Notes: generated from the sequence alone by a model not told the origin. Positions 29,782 through 41,069 are shown, counted from the first letter of the stretch. The stretch is DNA of 64,000 nucleotides from an uncultured delta proteobacterium (GCA_963796685.1 CAWCMR010000008.1:416001-480000); one strand, 5' to 3'. A program made the numbers and translations.

Positions 29782-30780
29782 CTATCCGGAACTGCTCCAG
29801 GGCGAGGACTCGGCAACCACCTCGGCGACCAGCGGGGCGGCACCGTGCTGAACCTGAACCGGGGCGCCGATCGGAACCGCGCTGGCGAGGATGGCCAGCG
29901 CCACCGGGCGCTCGTCGGGAAGGCAGCCCACGCTGGTGAGCTGGCCTGCGATGGGCAGCTCCGCGGTGGCGATCTTGTCGCCTGGCACCGGCATTGCCCC
30001 CGCGGCCAGCCGCAACAGCACCAGCCGCTTGCGAATGATCCCGCGGTCGCGCATGCGCACGATGGTTTCCTGACCGACGTAGCAGCCCTTGCCATGATCG
30101 ATGGCGAGGCCAAGGCCAACCTCGACGGGAAATCGGTCGGGGGCGATTTCGTTGCCGGGTTTGGGCTCGAGTGCCGAGATGCGCAGCGCCTCGGCGATCT
30201 CGGGTTCGAGCCGGGGCGTGCCCTGGGCGAGTAAGGCCGCCAGCAAGGCCTCGCGCGCCGGCCGGCTCGAGACCACGCACAGGCCCTCGGCGCCGGAGGC
30301 GTGGCCGTGCGCGATCCAAAGCGGACCGAACGTCTCGCTGGCCACGTCGACGTGGTCGTAGAGCGGTGACTCCAGCAAGGATGGCAGCCCCGTCACCCCC
30401 ACCGCCGCCAACGCGGCCTCGGCCCGCGGTCCGAGAATCGCCAGGGTCGCGAGCTCCGGCTCTGGAACAATCTGGAAATCATCCATGACCGCAAACTTGG
30501 ACAGGCCCGCCACCACATCGGCCCCTTGACCCGCCGCAGCGATCAGACGGATGCTCTTGGCACGCACGAAGGCGAGCAGGCTGGCGAGCACCCGGCCGCG
30601 CACGTCGAGCAGCAAGGTGCGGCTGCCCTGCCCCGGCGATTTCCCGGCGATGGTTCCCGAGGTGATCCGGTGCAGAAAGGCGGCTCGATCGTTGCCCGTG
30701 GCGCGAAGGACATCGTGGCCCGCGCCAGGGGCCACGACCGCGGATTCGCGGAGAGCCCGCAAGCTTGTCACGTCAGCCAT
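29782..30780 (-). CDS. ygfZ: YgfZ/GcvT-family folate-binding protein
   Basis: KGCYVGQE signature. Confidence 0.85.
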   Translation of the reverse strand: MADVTSLRALRESAVVAPGAGHDVLRATGNDRAAFLHRITSGTIAGKSPGQGSRTLLLDVRGRVLASLLAFVRAKSIRLIAAAGQGADVVAGLSKFAVMDDFQIVPEPELATLAILGPRAEAALAAVGVTGLPSLLESPLYDHVDVASETFGPLWIAHGHASGAEGLCVVSSRPAREALLAALLAQGTPRLEPEIAEALRISALEPKPGNEIAPDRFPVEVGLGLAIDHGKGCYVGQETIVRMRDRGIIRKRLVLLRLAAGAMPVPGDKIATAELPIAGQLTSVGCLPDERPVALAILASAVPIGAPVQVQHGAAPLVAEVVAESSPWSSSG

Positions 30781-31312
30781 CGCTCTTTCTCTCCCTTGTT
30801 CTCTTGGTTGGATGCGCCGGACGGCGCGCGAGATGCGCGCGTTCGCGCAGGCGTTCGGCTCGCCGCTTGGCGGCCTGGCGGAAACGACGGCGCTCGGAGG
30901 CGGTTTCAGTGACGAGCGTCGGAACCGGCCGCGGCTGGCCGTTCTCGTCGATGGCGACGAAGGTGAGGAAGGCATGCGTGGTGATGGCACGCTCGCCGGT
31001 CCACGGGTTTTCGGTCAGGACTTCCACCTCGACCTCCATCGAGGTGTGGGCCGCGTAGCTGACCTCGGCGCGCACGATGACGAATTCCTCCACACGCGCG
31101 GGACGCAGAAAGTGCAGCCGGTCCATGGACGCCGTCACCACCGGTCCTCGGGCATGGCGAGCGGCCGCGATGGCCGCCGCGACATCGATCCACTGCATCA
31201 CGATGCCCCCGAAGAGCGTCCCCATGGCATTGGTGTGTCCCGGCAACACCGCCTGGGCCGTTTCGACGCGGGTTGCAGCCACGGTATGCCTCTTCTCGAC
31301 CTGCCTTTTCAT
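30773..31312 (-). CDS. Acyl-CoA thioesterase (HotDog fold)
   Basis: HTNAMGTLFGG..MQWID, VVTASMD, TSMEV, TFVAID. Confidence 0.92.
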   Translation of the reverse strand: MKRQVEKRHTVAATRVETAQAVLPGHTNAMGTLFGGIVMQWIDVAAAIAAARHARGPVVTASMDRLHFLRPARVEEFVIVRAEVSYAAHTSMEVEVEVLTENPWTGERAITTHAFLTFVAIDENGQPRPVPTLVTETASERRRFRQAAKRRAERLRERAHLARRPAHPTKRTRERKSDG

Positions 31313-31374
31313 TCGTGGATTGCGGTATCATGCGCTTCCTCGCGGGTCAAACCAGAAAGGCCCCGCCACGCACC

Positions 31375-32796
31375 ATGATCAAAACCAAGCGGTACCCGAT
31401 TTTCATCGTTGTTCTGTTGCTTCCCACCGTGGCCAGTGCCAGAGCGTACAAGCTCGACGAAATCCTCGATCTGGCGAGAAAGGGCAATCCCGGCCTGGCG
31501 GCCGGCGAACAGGCCACCGCGGGCATCGAAGCCCAGCTCCTCGAAGCCAAGCGCAGCTGGATGCCCACGGGCGAGCTCAACTCGCTCTTGTCCCAGGCGC
31601 CACGCATCAGCTGCACTGGCGTACAGGGGGCGACAGGTACCGACGGAAAACCGTTCACAAGTGGCGAACAGAACTGCGTGGAAACGCAATCCATCGGGAC
31701 CAACTCATCGGGGTTCCTCAACGCCATTACGCCAGCGGGTGTCTTCACTCGCACCGAGCTCAAGGTCGTGCAACCCATCTATACCTTCGGCAAGCTCTCC
31801 GCCGGCGTGGCGGCCGCCGAATCGGGCGTGAAGGCTTCCCAGAGCCGGCAGTTCGGGCTGGTGGCGGATCTCGACCTCAACGTGCGCAGGGCCTATTGGG
31901 GGGCCAAGCTGGCCACGGAGATCCTTGCCACGCTCAAGGAAGCCAGCGGGTATCTCGACAAGGCCCAGAAGAAGGTGGAGGACGACCTCGCCGAGGGGAC
32001 CGGCGACTCGACGGTCACGGACCGCTTGCGGTTGCGCACCACGCGCGCCGAGATCGACGGAAGGATCCTGGAAGCGCAACGCGGTGCCGATCTGGCGCGC
32101 AGCGGCCTGCGTGCGCTCATCGGCCCCGACGCACCCGCCGACCTCGATGTGGATCCGGATCCGCTCGGCACCGTGACCATCCCCGATCGACCACTCAAGA
32201 GATACGAAGAGGAGGCGCGATCATCCAGGCCCGAAGTCAAGGCCCTTGACAACATGGTGGCGTCCAAGCGGGCGCTGGCGGATCTCGAGTCACGCCGACA
32301 GTACCCGGACATCGTTCTCATCGGCACGGCGGCCTACGCCTATGCCAGCAGCGTCGACACACCCCAGAACGCCTATATGAACGATCCCTTCCATGCGCTG
32401 GGCGCGGGCATAGCGGCAGGGTTCCACATGCCGCTCGACCTGGGGGTGAAGAATGCGCGCGCGGCCAAGCTGCACGCCGAGGCCAAGGAGGCCGAGCAGA
32501 GGCGCCGCGAAGCCCTGAGCGGAATCGTCTTCGAGGTCGAGAAGGCGCACACCGAGCTGATGGAAGCCGGCAAGCGAACCAAGGTCATGCAAAACGGCGA
32601 GAAGGCGGGCAAGCAGTGGATCGCCGCCGTGGCCCAGGACATCGCCGTCGGCGTGAGCGAGGCCAAGGACTTCACCGATGCGCTGGTGGCCTTCTTCCAG
32701 GCGCGCGTGCGTTACCTGCAAAGCATGTACGACTACAACGTGGCCGCCGCCGCCCTCACCCACGCCACCGGAGTCGACGTCACCGCCGCCCAGTAG
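31375..32796 (+). CDS. TolC-family outer-membrane efflux protein
   Basis: Signal peptide; QPIYTFGK; two OEP-like repeats; RPEVK. Confidence 0.85.
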   Translation: MIKTKRYPIFIVVLLLPTVASARAYKLDEILDLARKGNPGLAAGEQATAGIEAQLLEAKRSWMPTGELNSLLSQAPRISCTGVQGATGTDGKPFTSGEQNCVETQSIGTNSSGFLNAITPAGVFTRTELKVVQPIYTFGKLSAGVAAAESGVKASQSRQFGLVADLDLNVRRAYWGAKLATEILATLKEASGYLDKAQKKVEDDLAEGTGDSTVTDRLRLRTTRAEIDGRILEAQRGADLARSGLRALIGPDAPADLDVDPDPLGTVTIPDRPLKRYEEEARSSRPEVKALDNMVASKRALADLESRRQYPDIVLIGTAAYAYASSVDTPQNAYMNDPFHALGAGIAAGFHMPLDLGVKNARAAKLHAEAKEAEQRRREALSGIVFEVEKAHTELMEAGKRTKVMQNGEKAGKQWIAAVAQDIAVGVSEAKDFTDALVAFFQARVRYLQSMYDYNVAAAALTHATGVDVTAAQ

Positions 32797-32801
32797 CGGT
32801 G

Positions 32802-32907
32802 TTTCACCACAGAGACGCAGAGAGCGCAGAGGAAGAAGGGTTCGGATCCAAGATCCGGAAACCCATTCCTTTCCGACCCCCGTGCCCGCTGTGTCTCTGT
32901 GGTGAAA
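32802..32907. repeat. REP-like long inverted repeat between convergent genes (may double as terminator)
   Basis: tttcaccacagagacgcag (32802-32820) and ctgtgtctctgtggtgaaa (32889-32907) pair at 18/19 positions; inner hairpin. Confidence 0.75.
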
Positions 32908-32910
32908 AAA

Positions 32911-33648
32911 CTAGATACCCAGGAACAGGCGCGTCCCGAAATTCGGTTCGAGGTCGGAAGCCAGGATCTTGCTGGCCGAGGTCTTGACGTCGTATTCGAC
33001 GCGTTTGTATTCGAAGGTCTTGGTGTCGCTGTCGTAGAGGGTGTAGCTGGCGCGCGGGTCGAAATCGCGCGGCTGCCCCACCGAGCCCACGCTGACGATG
33101 TATTTCCAGCCGTCGCGCAATTGGAACTTCAGGGTGACCACCTCTTGCGCGCCCTCGTGCTCGGGGTTGATGGCGAAGGCCTTGCACAGGTGCGAATGCC
33201 CGATCAGCGTGAGCTGCGGCAGGCGCTCCCAGATGCCCAGGCACTGCGCCGCCTGGTCGCGGGCGAAGATGTAATCGAACTCCTCGACGCTGACCGGCGA
33301 GCCGTGACAAAAGAGCACGTCGTTCTCGCGGAATTCGTAGGGCAGCGACTTGAGCCAGGCCATGTTCTCGGGCTCGAGCATCTGGGCGTGCTTGTCGAGC
33401 ACGTGGCGGGCGGCATGGTAGTAGTAGGAATAGTCCATCCGGCCCGACACGGCGGCATCGTGGTTGCCGAGAACGGTCTGGGCCACGGTGGCGCGCATGA
33501 GGTTGCAGGCTTCGTTGGGGCTGGCGCCATAGCCGACGGTGTCGCCGAGGCAAATGAACTTGTCCACGCTCTCGGACTCGAAAGCCTTCAGCACGGCTTC
33601 GAGAGCCTCGATGTTCGCGTGTGTATCGGAAAGGATGCCGTAGCGCAT
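32911..33648 (-). CDS. Metallophosphoesterase (YfcE/PrpA-like)
   Basis: SDTHAN, LGDTVGYG, GNHD, HGSP, GHSH, GSVGQPRD. Confidence 0.9.
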   Translation of the reverse strand: MRYGILSDTHANIEALEAVLKAFESESVDKFICLGDTVGYGASPNEACNLMRATVAQTVLGNHDAAVSGRMDYSYYYHAARHVLDKHAQMLEPENMAWLKSLPYEFRENDVLFCHGSPVSVEEFDYIFARDQAAQCLGIWERLPQLTLIGHSHLCKAFAINPEHEGAQEVVTLKFQLRDGWKYIVSVGSVGQPRDFDPRASYTLYDSDTKTFEYKRVEYDVKTSASKILASDLEPNFGTRLFLGI

Positions 33649-33723
33649 CGACCAGGCACTATAGCAGGAAGATTTCCTCGTCGCCGGGATCAACTGTCCT
33701 CATGTTAGAAGCAGGTCTTCGCC

Positions 33724-36700
33724 ATGCCCTCCGTCGTGCTGTCGTGTTTCTTCCTTTCCGGCGCCTCGGGTCTCATCCTCGAAGCTCCTGTGGACGCGCA
33801 TGCTGACGCTCGTCTTCGGCTCGACGGCCCTGGCCGTGTCGACGGTGCTGACCGCGTACATGGGCGGCCTCGGGCTCGGCTCGTACCTGGCGGGCAAGAT
33901 CAGCGACCGGCTCAAGGAGCCCGTGCGTGCCTACGCGTTGGCCGAGGCGGCCATCGGTCTCTACGCGCTGTCCGTGCCGTGGATCATCGGCTACTACCCG
34001 GGGCTCAACCAGTGGCTGTGGTCGACCTTCGGCGACCGCTACACCTTGCTCTCCGTCCTGCGCTTCTTCGCCTCGGCCGGGCTGCTCATCGTGCCGACCA
34101 CGCTCATGGGCGCGACCTTGCCGATCCTGGCCCGCTATTTCGTCTCGCGTCCCTACGAGCTTGGCCGCGTCAGCCTGCGCCTCGGGACGCTGTACGCGGT
34201 CAATTTGTTCGGTGCCGTGGCCGGCTCCTTCATGGCCGGCTTCATTTTCCTGCCCATGATCGGGATCCGCCACACCAACCTGGTGGCGGCCAGCTTCGAC
34301 ATGTCGCTGGCGGTCGCCATCCTGGTCGCGCGACGCCTGATGCCGGCCGGAAAGACGATCCGGGTCAATGAATCGCTCGACGAGCTTGCGGCGGCGCAAA
34401 AGGCCGCCGCCGGGGGCCCCGCGACTGCCCTGCCTGCCATTTCGCCCGCGGCCCGGCGCGTCGTGCTTCTCGCCTTCGCCGTCTCCGGCGCAACGGCCAT
34501 GACCTTGCAGGTGCTGTGGACGCGCGCCCTGGCCGTGATCATCGGCTCGTCCATCTTCTCGTTCACCATCATCCTGCTCGCGTTTCTCATCGGGCTCGGC
34601 GCTGGCTCGGCGGTCTTCGGCCGGCTGGTCACGCGTTTCCGCGATCCGGTGCGCGGGCTCGCCCTTACCCACCTCGGCATCGTCCTGTGCATCGGGCTGT
34701 CGTATCTCATCACCGATCGACTGCCCTTCGTCTTCACCTACTTGCTGTCCTCGACCATGGTCAGCTCCGACGCGGTCCTGACCTGCCAATTCGCCCTCGC
34801 CTGCCTCGCCGTTCTGCCCTCCACGTTCCTGATGGGCGCCATCTTTCCCATCACCGTGCGCGTGGTGACGGGAAATCTCGGCACCGTGGGCCGCGACGTC
34901 GGCTTCGCCTACGCCCTCAACACCGTGGGCGCCATCATCGGCTCGTTCTTTTCCGGCTTCGTGATCTTGCCCAGTCTCGGGCTGCAGCGGGGAATTTACC
35001 TGGCCGCGGTCGTCGACCTGGCCTTGGCCGCCCTGCTCTTTTCCGTTGCGTCCAGCCTGCCGCGCGCGCGCCGGATGATCGGGATGGCCACCGCGGTGGC
35101 CATGGCCCTGGCGGCCCTGGTGCTTCCCCGCTGGAACCTGACCAGCTTCTCCATCGGGTTCTTCCGCATCTCCATGGCCCGCGACTACATCGACATGGTC
35201 GAGCACCGCCACCAGAAGAAGAAATGGCAGACGCCCAAGCTGGTTTATTACAAGGACGGCATCGCCACCACGGTGTCGGTGGACCAGTGGGGCAAGGTGT
35301 TCTCCCTCAAGAACAACGGCAAGGTCGATGCCTCGAACGACGCCGACATGCCCACGCAGATCAGCGTCGGCCTCTTGCCGCTTCTCCTCTATGGCGGGGA
35401 TCACGCGCCCAAGGTCGCCCTCATCGGCTACGGCTCGGGCGTCACGGCCGGCGCCACCACCCAGTACCCCATCGCCAGCCTGGAGGTCGTCGAGCTGGAG
35501 CCGGCCATCTACGAGGCCGCGCACTTCTTCGACAATGTGAACCATCGCCCCACGGAGAATCCGAAGGTCAAGGCCATCGCGGGCGACGGGCGCAATTTCC
35601 TCTCCCAGCGTCGCGATCTTTACGACGTCATCATCAGCCAGCCGTCCAATCCCTGGATCACGGGCGTCTCGAACCTGTTCACGCGCGAGTACTTCCAGTC
35701 CGTCAAGTCGCGCCTGGCCGACGATGGCATCTTCTGCCAATGGGCGCAGCTCTACGAGATGGCGCCCTGGAACATCAAGGCCATCTACCGCACCTTGACC
35801 GAGGAGTTTCCCTACGTGATGGTCTTCGCGGCCGAGGATCTGTCCTCGGACACCATCCTCATCGCCAGCCGAAAGCCCATCGATCTCGACATCCGCAAGA
35901 TCGCGCGCGCCTTCAAGAACCCGGCAACCGCAGCCGAGGCCAAGCGCGCCGGCTTCGATTCGCCGCACGACGTGCCCGCCTTCGTGCTGCTCGGTCCCGA
36001 AGAGCTGCACTCATTCGTCGCCGGCGCGCAGCTCAACACCGACGACAACGCCCTCATCGAATTCGCGGCGCCGCGCGATCTGCTGCGCTACCAGGCCTAC
36101 GATCCCTACCTGGCCAAAGTGTACGGTCCCATGTGGCCTTACGGGCACCTGACGGGCGTGGTCGAAGGCTACGACGGCGCAACGCGCGCCTCGGACATGG
36201 CCCACCTGGCGCGCAGCCTGCTGGCCCATGGCAAGGCGCGCGAGGCCAAGCTGTGGCAAGGCCGCGCCGAGGCCGCGGCGGACAAGAACGCGGCCAACCC
36301 CGATGTGGCCCACACGCGCCTGCTGCTCGAATTGGTGGCGACCCGCGAGGATCGCGATCCCGAGATTCCCCTCGCCCCCGAGGACGGCCTTGTGCCCCCG
36401 GTCATCCCGCCCGACCTGTCGGCCGAAATCGCGACGCGCGTGCGCGAGGAGTACGTGGACGTCACAGCCCAGGTCGAGAAGAACAAGTACGCCGGCGCCT
36501 TCAAGATGATCGAGGATTGGCCGGAACAGACCTGGGGCGGGAAGCTCGGCAAGGACTTCTCTTTGCTCACCGGTTTTCTCGACTACAAGGCGGAGTTCTA
36601 TGGCGACGCCATCGACGAATTGAAGCCGCTGGCCGACAACGCCGAGCTCGCCAAGCGGCGGCCCGAGCTGCTCTACTACCTCGGGCGCTCGTACTTCGCC

Positions 36701-36832
36701 AACGCCAACTGTGCCAAGGCGGTGGCGGCGCTCGAACGCTACATCGTGGCGCAAGAAGCGCTGGGACGGCCCGTCTTACCGGCGTCGGCCCAAGCAGACG
36801 AAGGGGACGAAGCGGACGGAGCGGAAAAGTAA
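33724..36832 (+). CDS. Fused membrane (MFS-like)/spermidine synthase protein with C-terminal TPR; apparent +1 frameshift near 33782
   Basis: FFLSGASGLILE joins LLWTRMLTLVFG on removing one A; IGYGSG, VVELEP, DGRNFL, DVIISQPSNPW. Confidence 0.87.
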
Positions 36833-36863
36833 CAAACCACCACGTCGGTGGTACCATGAGTCC

Positions 36864-37859
36864 GTGGCCAAGCAGCGCGCCAGACCTCCATCCGCCCGCG
36901 GCCGAACCAGGGGCCGAGAAAAGGCCGCCGCCAAGCCGCGGCCTGAGCCGCCCCGCACGGTGGTGGGCGTCGGACTGGCCACCGTCGATCTTCTCTTCGT
37001 TTCCCCGCGCATCGACGAACGGCTGGTCGATGCCTCGGTCTTCAGCATGCAGGCCGGCGGTTCGGCTTCGAACATGCTGGCCGCCCTGGCCGTCCTGGGG
37101 GCAAAGACGCGCTTCTTCGGCCGCATCGCCGACGACGAGCACGGCCACTTCATCCTGCGCAGCATGCAGAACCTGCGCATCGACACCTCCATGCTCATGG
37201 TCGAAAAGGACAAGGTCTCGCCGGTGTCCATTCTGCAAATCGACGAGCTTACGCGACGGCGCAAGATCTTGCGCTCGCGTGGCAACGTCACCCCGCTGTC
37301 GCCGCGCGATCTGCCGGCCGGCTTGCTCGGCGACGCGGCCATGTTGCTCATCGACGGCACCCAACCGGCCGTGCAGGCCGCCATCGCCGAGAAGGCGCGC
37401 GACAAGGGCATCAAGGTGCTGCTCAACGCCAGCCAGCTCTCGGGCGGGATGGGCGAGCTGCTCTCGCTCTCGGACATCGTCATCGGTTCGGAGCGGTTCG
37501 CCCACGAGCTGGCCCCTTCCGACAACATGGGCGACAGCCTGCGCGAAATCCTCAATCTGGGTCCGCGCATCGCGCTCATCACCATGGGTGAAACCGGCGT
37601 GGTCGGATTGGAGGGCAGCAAGCTGGTCGAGCAGGAAGCCCTGGACGTGTTCGTGGCCGACACGTCGGGCGCCGGAGATGCCTTCGCGGGCGCCTTCGCT
37701 TTCGCCCAGCTGCACGGCTGGCCCCTGGAAAAGGCGGTGCCCTTCGCCAACGCCGCCGCCGGCCTGGTGTGCCGCAGTATCGGCGCGCGCTCCGCGCTAC
37801 CCACGGTGGAGGAGATCGTCGCGGCGATGGACGGCGCTCAGCCCGGCCCGAAATCCTGA
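36864..37859 (+). CDS. PfkB-family carbohydrate kinase
   Basis: AGGSASN and DTSGAGDAF signatures; GTG start inferred. Confidence 0.9.
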   Translation: MAKQRARPPSARGRTRGREKAAAKPRPEPPRTVVGVGLATVDLLFVSPRIDERLVDASVFSMQAGGSASNMLAALAVLGAKTRFFGRIADDEHGHFILRSMQNLRIDTSMLMVEKDKVSPVSILQIDELTRRRKILRSRGNVTPLSPRDLPAGLLGDAAMLLIDGTQPAVQAAIAEKARDKGIKVLLNASQLSGGMGELLSLSDIVIGSERFAHELAPSDNMGDSLREILNLGPRIALITMGETGVVGLEGSKLVEQEALDVFVADTSGAGDAFAGAFAFAQLHGWPLEKAVPFANAAAGLVCRSIGARSALPTVEEIVAAMDGAQPGPKS

Positions 37860-37895
37860 CGCAGACGACACTTCAGGTGCGGGAACAGCAGCCCG

Positions 37896-38135
37896 CTACT
37901 GCTTGCTCGGCTCGGCCGGCACTGCGGGCATGCCTGGCACGAAATGCTGCGGAAAAGCCTGGAAGCCCCACTGGGCGGTCAGCCGCTTGGTGAAATCCGA
38001 CAGCTCGCCCACGCTCAGGTTGCTGAGATAGTTGGCGACCTGCTCGCGAGAAGGTGGCATGCGGCGGCCCAACACGAGGCCGAGGATGAGTCCCGCCACC
38101 AGACTGATGACCGAGGTAATGAATAGGCGTTTCAT
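37896..38135 (-). CDS. Small membrane-anchored hypothetical protein
   Basis: AAGGA RBS; N-terminal hydrophobic helix; fills the intergenic gap. Confidence 0.6.
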   Translation of the reverse strand: MKRLFITSVISLVAGLILGLVLGRRMPPSREQVANYLSNLSVGELSDFTKRLTAQWGFQAFPQHFVPGMPAVPAEPSKQ

Positions 38136-38263
38136 GGGCTTCCTTCGTCCTTGGGTGTGCGTCGCGATTGGGCTCGATGCTAGCACGCGGACCGAGCACC
38201 AAGCACCATCCGCATCGTGTTGCCTCTTTTGGGTTTTGGACCGAGTTGTGCCAATCTCCTGGC

Positions 38264-38707
38264 ATGGCCTTGAGCCGAGAGCTTCCCTCGAATGTCGTTC
38301 TACTCGTCCTGCGCGCCGTGGTGGGCGTCAACATGGCCTGCCTGCACGGCTGGGACAAATTGCACCACTTCAGCTCCAGGCTGGGCAGCGTCCCCGATCC
38401 CTTCGGCATGGGGCCCAAGTATGCCCTGATGGTCGCCGTGGTCGGGGAATTGTTCGGCGGCGTCCTGCTCGCCACAGGCTTGCTCGGCCGCGCGGGCGCG
38501 TTCCTGGTCGCCTTCATGTCCGCCGTGACCCTCTCCTCGACCCTTCACGGCTCCCCCTGGCACGAGCGCGAGCTGTGGGGACTCTACCTCGCCGCCAGTT
38601 TGACGGTTCTCCTGCTCGGCTGCGGGCGCTATTCTCTCGATACCGTGGTCTGGAAGAAGCTCGGCAAGGGCGGCGGAAAAGGCGCGCCCGCGCCGTCGAA
38701 GAAGTAG
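38264..38707 (+). CDS. DoxX-family membrane protein
   Basis: LLVLRAVVG..HGWDK, ELFGG, GCGRYSLD. Confidence 0.88.
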   Translation: MALSRELPSNVVLLVLRAVVGVNMACLHGWDKLHHFSSRLGSVPDPFGMGPKYALMVAVVGELFGGVLLATGLLGRAGAFLVAFMSAVTLSSTLHGSPWHERELWGLYLAASLTVLLLGCGRYSLDTVVWKKLGKGGGKGAPAPSKK

Positions 38708-38720
38708 TCACCGGCCTCGA

Positions 38721-41069
38721 TCATCTGCGCGCGCTCACGAAGATGTCGGGCTTGGGCGGATCGGCCATGCCGGCGCCGATGTGGAAACCGACGTGCGGAG
38801 GCTGGTTGTAGCTCGATTGCTCGAAGGAGACCTGCGCTCGGTAGGTCGGATCGTGCATGAGGGTGTAGATTCTGCGCTTGGTCACATCCGTGGTGGTGTA
38901 CACGCGCAGGGCCGAGCTGTTCGATTCGCGCAACACGAGCTCCTCGCGCCAGTCGCCGAGCAGGTCGGCCGTGAGGGTCGGCGTGGACTTGGTGCCGTTG
39001 TTCGAGGCGCACCCGCTCGCGCTGAGCAAAGTCCCACCTCCGGACTTGGTGATCGACGTGTCGCTCTCCAGCTCGCGCGCCTCGTCGGCGTCCCAATAGA
39101 TGAGGAAGTTGCTGCCGGCGTTGCCGCTGACCGTGGTGCCGGTGCCACAGTTGACGTTCCCGCCCGTCGAGCTCGAGCAAGTCGCGGCGGTGAGGTCGTT
39201 CATGGTCACGTACTCGGCGACGCCGCGGCCGGTGTCGGTGTCGGCCTTCGTGATGTTGAAGTAGAACGCGCAGGTGGCGCCGTCGTGGCAATCCATGCCG
39301 CCCGCGGACTCGTGGACCGTGAACACCGAGATCCCTTTGCCTTTGACCAGCTCCCCGACGTGCATGGCGTCGCCATGGCCGAGCCCCGTGGTGCACTTGA
39401 GGGTTCCGTCGCTGCCGATGGTCGAGGCGCCGGTGATGATCTCCTGCGCCCCGTCGCCATCCACATCCGCAGCCATCGCCGAGTGATCCCCCTGGCCGGC
39501 GGCTTTGCCGTTTCCGGAGCCGTCGCTGTCGAAGGTCCAGAGCTTCGACAAAGCTCCATCGCGCCAATTGTAGGCCGATACCGTCAGGCGCGTGTAGTAC
39601 CCGCGCTGCTGGATGATGCTGGGCCGCCCGGTCGCGGTCTTGCCGCTGCCCGTGTCGCTCACGAATGCGAAGCCGCCATTGTAGCGGTCGAGTCGGTTGC
39701 CGTACGAATCGCCCCAGCTCGACACCGTCCCGCGCGGCACGGGATAGCTCACGGTCGACAGCTCCTTGCCGGTGGCCCCATCGAAGACGGTCAAGTACTC
39801 GGGCCCGGTAAGGATGTAGCCATCCGAATTGGCGTACTTGGCGCTATCGTCGTCGCTGGCGGCCGGGCCCTTGCTCAAATACGCGCCCGTGCCGTCCTTG
39901 GTGCCCGGCGCCGTCTTGCACGCCACCTCGGCCTTGCCATCGCCATCGAAGTCGTACACCGAGAATTGCGTGTAGTGTGCCCCAGCGCGAATGTTCGGCC
40001 CCAAGTCGATGCGCCACAGGCGCTTACCCGCCAGGGTGTAGCCGTCCAGAAAGACGTTCGAGGTGACACCAGATTGAGAATTGTCCTTCGCATCCGACGG
40101 ATCCCATTTGAGCACGATGTCGTAGATGCCGTCGCCGTCCAGGTCTCCGGGACTGCCGTCGTTCGCGCTGTAGCTCGCCCCCGACGGGCTGTTGGCGGGC
40201 ACGTCGAGCGGAATGCGAAGATAGTCCTGTGCCCAGGTCGTCACCGAAGGCGACTGCGCGCACTCGGTTCCGTCGATGACAGCGGCCACGGTGTAGGTCG
40301 AGCTGGCGGAGCCGCCGGCATCGAGATAGTTGGTGCTGTCGGTGGCCGTGGCAAGCTTGGTGCCGCCCCGATACACGTTGTACGCGATGCTGCCGGGGCT
40401 GGTCGGATTGTACTCGTACCCCATCATGCGCCAGCCCACGTAAACGCCGCCCGTGACCTTCACGGCCACCACGCCGCGATCGAGGTCTTCCATCTGGAAG
40501 TGCCCGGTCGTGGGCGGAACGCAGGATCCGGCCTGCTTCGTGCCGCCCGCGCCAGAGCTGCCACCGCTCCCACCGCTCGCTCCGCCGGTCGTCGTGTCGA
40601 GACCACCGGCTGCCGTGGCTCTTCCACTGGCTGCCATCCCGCCACCCGTCGCGCTCGCCACACCGCCGGTCGCCGTGGCGGTGCCACCGCTTCCGGACGT
40701 CGCCGGCGCGTCGACGAACGTATCCCTGGGCGCGGCATCGGCGGTCGTGGAGGCTCCACCCGCCCCACCCATGGTGCTGGGCAGGCTGGTGCCCGCGCCC
40801 CCCCTGCCGCCCATCGCGGTCGCGCCACCCGCCCCCCCCATGCTCGACGTCGAGCCCCCCATCGAGGTGGTCGTGGACACGCCGGATCCTCCGGCCCCGC
40901 TCGTCCCCGGGTGGGTGGCGCCCCCCGCGCCCGAGACCGTAGTGCCGCCGCCCGCTCCGGGCGTCGTGGCCCCCTTGCCCGTGGAATCGCAAGCCCCGAT
41001 CAGGAAGCTTGCCCCCAGAAGCGCCAGGAATATTCCTCGGGGCGTCGAGATTCTCCGAATCGCGCTCAT
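38721..41069 (-). CDS. Rhamnogalacturonan lyase PL11 (YesW/YesX-like) lipoprotein
   Basis: Lipobox IGAC; Gly/Thr linker; QMEDLDRGVVA, NIRAGAHYTQF, GHGDAMH, ADLLGDWREE, YNQPPH. Confidence 0.92.
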   Translation of the reverse strand: MSAIRRISTPRGIFLALLGASFLIGACDSTGKGATTPGAGGGTTVSGAGGATHPGTSGAGGSGVSTTTSMGGSTSSMGGAGGATAMGGRGGAGTSLPSTMGGAGGASTTADAAPRDTFVDAPATSGSGGTATATGGVASATGGGMAASGRATAAGGLDTTTGGASGGSGGSSGAGGTKQAGSCVPPTTGHFQMEDLDRGVVAVKVTGGVYVGWRMMGYEYNPTSPGSIAYNVYRGGTKLATATDSTNYLDAGGSASSTYTVAAVIDGTECAQSPSVTTWAQDYLRIPLDVPANSPSGASYSANDGSPGDLDGDGIYDIVLKWDPSDAKDNSQSGVTSNVFLDGYTLAGKRLWRIDLGPNIRAGAHYTQFSVYDFDGDGKAEVACKTAPGTKDGTGAYLSKGPAASDDDSAKYANSDGYILTGPEYLTVFDGATGKELSTVSYPVPRGTVSSWGDSYGNRLDRYNGGFAFVSDTGSGKTATGRPSIIQQRGYYTRLTVSAYNWRDGALSKLWTFDSDGSGNGKAAGQGDHSAMAADVDGDGAQEIITGASTIGSDGTLKCTTGLGHGDAMHVGELVKGKGISVFTVHESAGGMDCHDGATCAFYFNITKADTDTGRGVAEYVTMNDLTAATCSSSTGGNVNCGTGTTVSGNAGSNFLIYWDADEARELESDTSITKSGGGTLLSASGCASNNGTKSTPTLTADLLGDWREELVLRESNSSALRVYTTTDVTKRRIYTLMHDPTYRAQVSFEQSSYNQPPHVGFHIGAGMADPPKPDIFVSARR

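Noticed and set aside
15370-33790. Programmed ribosomal frameshifting at the broken genes
   Set aside because: No slippery heptamers or stimulatory structures seen; sequencing error is more parsimonious.
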